Shown here: piece after piece, positions 26,914 to 32,000 of the stretch
How the letters are laid out: each line of letters opens with the position of its first letter
How positions within the stretch are numbered: the stretch's first letter is position 1
DNA from: Deinococcus radiodurans R1 = ATCC 13939 = DSM 20539
GTDB taxonomy: Bacteria; Deinococcota; Deinococci; Deinococcales; Deinococcaceae
Assembly (NCBI RefSeq): GCF_000008565.1
Contig: NC_001263.1
Span: 594,296-626,295, forward strand
DNA: 32,000 nucleotides
Reading direction: 5' to 3'
Position numbers and translations under genes: made by a program
The notes under the pieces: model-generated
What the model saw: the letters and a program-made list of their open reading frames with translations, nothing else
What the model was told of the DNA's origin: nothing
Databases searched by the model: none

Positions 26914-27219
26914 TCAGTCGCGCTCCCTGGCGTCGGCGTGGGCCAGGGCAATGCTGCGAATGTCGTTTAAGGCCGTTAGAAAGGCGGGGTCATCGGCGTG
27001 GCACAGGCGGGCGCCGTGCAACTGCACCGTTTCGGGCAGGTGGTCCAGCAGCGCGGCCCGGGCGTGGTCGTGCCAGGAGGGGTCGTCTCCCTGCTCGGCG
27101 CGGGCAAGATTTTCGCGCAGGTCGGCGAGCAGGGCCTGAACCGTCGCCGACGCCAGGAGTTCGGCCTGCCTTCCTGCGGCGCGGAGTCGTGCGCCTTTTG
27201 GATGACGTACCCTCCCCCC

Positions 27220-27729
27220 ATGCTTCTCGTCCTCTCTGGCATCCCCGGCACCGGCAAAAGCACCCTCGCCCGTGAGCTTTCGCGGCGGCTAGGAGCCGTT
27301 TATCTGCGGGTGGATACGGTAGAAGCCGCGCTGCTCAACGCCGGACACGCTGGAATCACGGTGGAAGGCTACGCGACGGCCTACGCTGTTGCCGCCGATA
27401 ACCTCGCGCTGGGGCTAAACGTGGTGGCCGACTGCGTGAACCCGGTAGCCGAAACGCGGGAGGCGTGGGCCGAAGTGGCGCGGTAAGCAGGCGCACAGCT
27501 GGTCAACGTGGAAGTGGTTTGCTCGGACGGGGCCGAACACCGCCGCCGGGTGGAATCTCGCCACGCCGATGCTACGGCCCACGCGGGCCACTGGTCGCCG
27601 CCCGACTGGGAAGCGGTGGCAAAGTGGCCTTATCAGCCCTGGCAAACGCCGGTGCTGCGGGTGGATACGGCGCGGGACTCGGTAACGGAGCTGGCCGACC
27701 GACTGCTGACCGAACCCAAAAGTATATAA
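27220..27729 (+). pseudogene. P-loop kinase (AAA_33-like) interrupted by one in-frame TAA
   Basis: Track ORFs 26998..27486 and 27508..27729 share one frame and are separated only by TAA 27484-27486. Walker A GIPGTGKST sits in the first part. The family-typical VEVVCSD..HRRRVESR sits in the second. ATG 27202 is also in frame. Confidence 0.65.
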
Positions 27730-27774
27730 ACTAAACCGCTTTATTTTATAAACCAAAGACGCTATGCTTTCCCC

Positions 27775-28791
27775 ATGAAGAAGATCGGCTTTCTCTCCTT
27801 CGGTCACTGGAACCCTCACCCGCAGTCCCGGACGCGCTCGGCGGGCGACGTGCTGCGGCAATCCATCGACCTCGCGGTGGCGGCGGAGGAACTGGGCGCG
27901 GACGGCGCTTATTTCCGGGTGCACCATTTCGCGCAGCAACTCGCCTCGCCGTTTCCGCTGCTCGCGGCAGTCGGCGCGAAGACGAGCAACATCGAAATCG
28001 GCACCGGCGTCATCGACATGCGCTACGAAAACCCCTTCTCCATGGCCGAGAACGCGGGCGCGGCCGACCTGATCGCGGGCGGGCGGTTGCAACTCGGCCT
28101 CAGCCGGGGGTCGCCGGAACAGGTGATCGACGGCTGGCGGCACTTCGGCTTTCAGCCCGCGCCGGGTGAAACCGAACAGGACATGGCCCGGCGCCACACT
28201 GAGGTGTTTCTGGAACTCCTGAAGGGCGAAGGCTTCGCGCAGCCGCACCCACGCCCTATGTTTTCCAACCCGCCCGGCCTGCTGCGGCTGGAGCCCCACT
28301 CCGAGGGCCTGCGCGAGCGCATCTGGTGGGGCGCGGCGTCCAACGCGACGGCAGTGTGGGCAGCCCAAAAGGGGATGTATCTGCAAAGTTCGACGCTGAA
28401 AACCGACGAGTCAGGCCAGCCGTTCCACGTTCAGCAGGCCGAGCAGCTCCGGGCGTACAAGGCGGCTTGGCAGCAAGCGGGACATACCCGCCCCCCGCGC
28501 ACGTCGGTCAGCCGCAGCATTTTTGCCATCACCAACGACCTCGACCGGGCCTACTTCGGCGGGCAGGGGGACAGCGACCAGTTCGGACGCATCGACAATT
28601 ACCGCGCGGTGTTTGGGCGCAGTTATGCCGCTGAGCCGGACAAGCTCATTGAAGAACTGCGCCAGGACGAAGCGATTGCCGAGGCCGACACGCTGCTGCT
28701 CACCGTGCCCAACCAGCTTGGCGTGGAGTACAACGCCCACGTCATCGAGAGCATCCTGAAACATGTGGCCCCGGCACTCGGCTGGCGCTGA
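27775..28791 (+). CDS. Luciferase-like (LLM class) flavin-dependent oxidoreductase
   Basis: 338 aa. KIGFLSFGHW..., AAEELGADGAYFRVHHF, IGTGVIDMRYENP, RLQLGLSRG. These are typical of the LLM TIM-barrel family. Confidence 0.85.
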   Translation: MKKIGFLSFGHWNPHPQSRTRSAGDVLRQSIDLAVAAEELGADGAYFRVHHFAQQLASPFPLLAAVGAKTSNIEIGTGVIDMRYENPFSMAENAGAADLIAGGRLQLGLSRGSPEQVIDGWRHFGFQPAPGETEQDMARRHTEVFLELLKGEGFAQPHPRPMFSNPPGLLRLEPHSEGLRERIWWGAASNATAVWAAQKGMYLQSSTLKTDESGQPFHVQQAEQLRAYKAAWQQAGHTRPPRTSVSRSIFAITNDLDRAYFGGQGDSDQFGRIDNYRAVFGRSYAAEPDKLIEELRQDEAIAEADTLLLTVPNQLGVEYNAHVIESILKHVAPALGWR

Positions 28792-28839
28792 GCCGACTGG
28801 GGTGGACGCCCCCGGACCGCCCCCGCTATCGTAGCCACG

Positions 28840-30459
28840 ATGACAATTGATGTTTCGGCCCGTGACGTGACCATCGAACTCGTGCGGGCGGCCAGCGTGA
28901 CGAATACAGCGGGTGAGCAGGCGTTCCCAGAGACCCTTTTGCGGGTGCTGGGGCGCCTGCCTTATTTTCAGGCGCACCCCGAAGACCTCTGGACACAGCC
29001 CATCGAAAACGACCCCTACGGACGGCGCAACGTGTACGCGCTGGTGCGCGGGGACGGCCCGGCGGGGGTGGTCCTCACCGGGCATTACGACGTGGTATCG
29101 GCGGCGAACTATGGTCCCCACGCGGACGTGGCCTTCGACCCCGAGGCGCTGCTGCCCCGGCTGATCGCCGACCTGCGCGTCAACGCCCGCAGCGAGGCCG
29201 AGCGGCGCGCCCTGCACGACCTCGAAAGCGGCGATTTCTTGCCCGGACGCGGCGCCCTGGACATGAAAGCGGGGCTGGCGGCGGGCATCGCGGCGCTCGC
29301 CGAGTTCGCGGCGCGTCCGGCGCGGCGGGGCAACGTGCTGTTCGCAGCGGTGGCCGACGAGGAAGTCAGCTCGCACGGGGCCCGGCAGGCGGCGCCGGAG
29401 CTGCGGGCCCTGGCCGAGCGGGAAGGTCTGGACTGGCGGCTTGTCATCAACCTCGACGCCACGGGAGACAACGGCGACGGCAGCGCGGGGCAGGCGGTCT
29501 ACCTGGGCACGGCGGGCAAGCTGCTGGTCTCGGCCTTCGTGGTCGGCGTGGACACCCACGCGGGCTACTCGCTCGACGGCGTCAACGTCAATTTCCTGGC
29601 AAGCGAGCTGACGCGGGCCTTCGAATTCAGCCCCGAGCTGACCGACCGCAGCGCCGGCATCATGGGCACGCCGCCCACCGTGCTCCGGCAACAGGACCTC
29701 AAGACCTATTACGACGTGACCACGCCCGCCCGCGCCTGGCTGTGTGTCAACGCGCTGACGCACGGGCTGGACGCTGCCACCGTGCTGGACCGCTTCAAGG
29801 CGAGCGCACAGGCAGCGCTGGATGACGCCCTGGACACCCTGCGCCGCCGCGCCGAGGCTCTGGGCGAAACGCGGAGCGCCGCGCACGGAGCCACGCCACT
29901 GGTCCTCACTTACGCAGACTTGCTAGAGCGAGCGCGGCAGCAGGTGCCCGACCTCGATGCCGCCCTCACCGCCTACGACGCGGGCCTCGACCCACAGCTC
30001 GACCTGCCGACCCGCAGCGCCCATCTCACCGGCTGGCTGTGGGACGCCTCGGGGCTGCTCGGCCCGGCGGCGGTGCTGGGCTTCGCGTCGCTGCACTACC
30101 CCAACACCACGCTCGACTCCCGGAATCCCACCGAGGCGCAGGCCCTCGACCTCGTGCGCGCCACCCTGCGCGAGAAGGGCGCGGAACTCGGCGTCACCAT
30201 CAGCGAGCGGCCCATATTTACCGGCATCAGCGACATGAGCTGGTTCGGCACCGCCGACTCTGCCGACATCGCCGCCGTCAATGCGAACACGCCCGCGCCC
30301 GCCGCCCACATCCACGCGCCGCCCGCCGGCTTGCCCTGCATCAACCTCGGACCCTGGGGCCGCGACTACCACCAGTGGCTGGAGCGGGCCTACGCGCCCT
30401 ACAGCTTCGGCACGTTGCCCCGGCTGGTGTCAGCGCTCACCGAGGCTTTTTTGCGTTGA
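28840..30459 (+). CDS. M20-family peptidase, RocB-like
   Basis: 539 aa. TGHYDVVS, GRGALDMKAGLAAG, AVADEEVSSHG. The size and N-terminal LVRAASVTNTAGE are like arginine-utilisation protein RocB, as I recall it. Confidence 0.78.
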   Translation: MTIDVSARDVTIELVRAASVTNTAGEQAFPETLLRVLGRLPYFQAHPEDLWTQPIENDPYGRRNVYALVRGDGPAGVVLTGHYDVVSAANYGPHADVAFDPEALLPRLIADLRVNARSEAERRALHDLESGDFLPGRGALDMKAGLAAGIAALAEFAARPARRGNVLFAAVADEEVSSHGARQAAPELRALAEREGLDWRLVINLDATGDNGDGSAGQAVYLGTAGKLLVSAFVVGVDTHAGYSLDGVNVNFLASELTRAFEFSPELTDRSAGIMGTPPTVLRQQDLKTYYDVTTPARAWLCVNALTHGLDAATVLDRFKASAQAALDDALDTLRRRAEALGETRSAAHGATPLVLTYADLLERARQQVPDLDAALTAYDAGLDPQLDLPTRSAHLTGWLWDASGLLGPAAVLGFASLHYPNTTLDSRNPTEAQALDLVRATLREKGAELGVTISERPIFTGISDMSWFGTADSADIAAVNANTPAPAAHIHAPPAGLPCINLGPWGRDYHQWLERAYAPYSFGTLPRLVSALTEAFLR

Positions 30460-30746
30460 TGAGGAAGGGGCAGGAGGGGGAGAACTCCTGCCCTGAAATA
30501 AAAAAGAACCCCGCGTGGGGGTCCTGTGTGGGGCGTTCTCACGGCCTCTCTGCCGCGCAAACACTCGCACGCCCGTTTTTATTTCTCGGAGGTGGACGTC
30601 GCCCTCGGTGCATTTTTTGCCAGCGGTCCCGTCATGACTTGGGCCAGGCGCTCGGCAAAAAGCGACTGGAAGAGGATACCTTCCCTCGCCTTCTCAGGCC
30701 AGAAGGAGAATCTTAATCGAAGGACTCAGCAAAGTCAAGGAAGGCC

Positions 30747-30779
30747 AAAAAAGGACGGCGAGCGAAGGCCCCGCCGTCC
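30747..30779 (-). terminator. Intrinsic terminator after the DUF1989 gene
   Basis: On the minus strand GGACGGCG / CGCCGTCC form a hairpin followed by TTTTTT (reverse complement of 30747-30752). It starts 15 nt after the stop at 30794. Confidence 0.7.
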
Positions 30780-30793
30780 GATTCTTTGGGCTG

Positions 30794-31444
30794 TTACTCG
30801 GCTTGCGTATCCGCCGGAATCACGAAGTAGTCAATCGGCTTAAAAGTCCCGTTGTTGCTGCCTTCTGCCGAGCACGCCGTGAGGCCCACAATCAGGTCCA
30901 TCTCGGCGCGCAGTTCGAGCCGCTGCCCCGGTTGGGAAATAGGCGGGCCGATGTTGACCTTGCCCTTTTCGTCCACCAGCACGTTCATGAAGATGTTGAG
31001 GGTGGTCGGAATCTGGTCGGGCTCGATGCCGAAGGGCGCGAACGCCTTGACCAGATTGCCGAAGCAGCTCGGGTGCCCCTCGGCTGTGCCGGGCGGGTAG
31101 AGAATCTCGAAGGTCTCGGTCGAGCAGGGCGTGAGCAGAAAGTCGTGTCGGCCCACGTCGTCACGCAGCAGCGTAAACATCACCCGCGAGCGGTTGGAGT
31201 AGAGCTGGTGCCCGGTGGTGAGGTAAATCGTCTCGTTGTAGTCGAAGGTGCGGCCCGAGGACAGCCACTCGGCCTGCCCCTCACTACCAACGGTGTCGGC
31301 GGCGAAAGCCATCAGGTCGGACACTTGCTCGCCGAGGGGGTCAATCACGACCAGCACGTCGCCTTTACTCAGGCGAAAGCCGGTGCCGGTCTGCGGCGCG
31401 ATGCGGTAAGGCTGCGCCTCGGTGGGGATGGAGGGCTGGGTCAT
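30794..31444 (-). CDS. DUF1989 / urea-carboxylase-associated family protein
   Basis: 216 aa. The pattern GDVLVVIDPLGEQVSD...HDFLLTPCS...HPSCFGNL...NIFMNV...LELRAEMDLIVGLTAC matches my memory of this family. Confidence 0.75.
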   Translation of the reverse strand: MTQPSIPTEAQPYRIAPQTGTGFRLSKGDVLVVIDPLGEQVSDLMAFAADTVGSEGQAEWLSSGRTFDYNETIYLTTGHQLYSNRSRVMFTLLRDDVGRHDFLLTPCSTETFEILYPPGTAEGHPSCFGNLVKAFAPFGIEPDQIPTTLNIFMNVLVDEKGKVNIGPPISQPGQRLELRAEMDLIVGLTACSAEGSNNGTFKPIDYFVIPADTQAE

Positions 31445-31449
31445 GAGCT

Positions 31450-32000
31450 TCAGTCTGCCCCGTCGCCGAAGCCGAAAGGGCAGCGGCCCGCTGTGGGAGT
31501 GTTAGGAAACGGGGCCACCCAGCCGGGCTCCACCGCGCGGCCTGAGTATTGCCGGGCTTCGGGCGCCTCGCCGTAATTGGCGAGATTGGGGTTGAGGCTG
31601 CCCTGCAACTTCAGCTCGCGGCTGCGGATGGTCTGCTGCATCCGCTCGAAGCGCCCGGTGTCGCGCAGTTTCTGAAACTGACGGTGGGCGTTGAACACCA
31701 GCGCGGGCGCCGGAAACGCGCGGGCCACGCGGCTGCTGCCGGGATGCAGGCCGATGATGAAAAACCCGCGCCCGGCGAAAGAAAAGCCGAACTTGTTGCT
31801 GTGCGGGTCGGCGCTGACTTCCTCGCTGTAAGGCGCCGTGTCGAGCTGGTGCAGGGCGCGGAGCTGCTGCCAGAGCCGCTCCTCGAACTGCGGCTCGGTC
31901 ATGCCTTCGGGCGAGTCGAAAGTGGCAATGAAGGACGTGAAATCGCTGCCGAGGTCGTCCTGGTCTTGCACGAAGCGGGCGAGGTCGTGCGCGAGGCCGA
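31450..32000 (-). CDS. YqcI/YcgG-family protein (5' end beyond the right window edge)
   Basis: The frame is open to position 32000, and GTG 31971 is only the first in-window start. GFSFAGRGFFIIGLHPGSSRVARAFPAPALVFNAH.QF..LR is the family core. The stop lies 5 nt before the DUF1989 start. Confidence 0.72.
   Translation of the reverse strand, partial: GLAHDLARFVQDQDDLGSDFTSFIATFDSPEGMTEPQFEERLWQQLRALHQLDTAPYSEEVSADPHSNKFGFSFAGRGFFIIGLHPGSSRVARAFPAPALVFNAHRQFQKLRDTGRFERMQQTIRSRELKLQGSLNPNLANYGEAPEARQYSGRAVEPGWVAPFPNTPTAGRCPFGFGDGAD

Noticed and set aside
30526-30843. A 105-aa plus-strand ORF in the M20/DUF1989 intergenic region.
   Set aside because: It spans several hairpins and the DUF1989 terminator, and it overlaps the 3' end of the DUF1989 gene. 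Its translation is Arg/Ser/Lys-rich and does not look gene-like.

Overview
This is a GC-rich bacterial chromosomal window (about two-thirds G+C by eye), densely coded on both strands. From memory, the gene order (ftsH, purU, clpS/clpA, glgA, tRNA-Ser, ruvB, dnaG, groES-groEL), the small noncoding repeats and an HspR-type HAIR operator point to Deinococcus, probably D. radiodurans. That is an inference I cannot verify without a database search. I support 36 protein-coding genes or gene fragments, one tRNA, four intrinsic terminators, one operator with a promoter, and three families of short dispersed repeats. Most genes are housekeeping. The candidate for an undescribed system is a translationally coupled four-gene minus-strand operon (19847-23268). 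It encodes a sensor-less GGDEF cyclase fused to a ribbon-helix-helix domain, a RimJ-like GNAT, a 548-aa deaminase-Nudix-O-methyltransferase fusion, and a histidine phosphatase. It is transcribed divergently from groESL. Other notable points: (1) an mrr type IV restriction gene sits between clpS and clpA with a GTGA start/stop overlap. (2) A 135-bp MITE-like element occurs in three copies, each flanked by a 3-bp TNA duplication, and two copies lie exactly on stop codons. (3) A P-loop kinase gene is broken by one in-frame TAA. (4) The conserved N-terminus of dnaG lies upstream of any canonical start codon. (5) RocB-like, DUF1989 and YqcI/YcgG genes cluster at the right edge. I found no CRISPR array, rRNA, integrase or transposase. 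All family assignments rest on motifs read by eye from the ORF track, and no HMM or BLAST search was possible.
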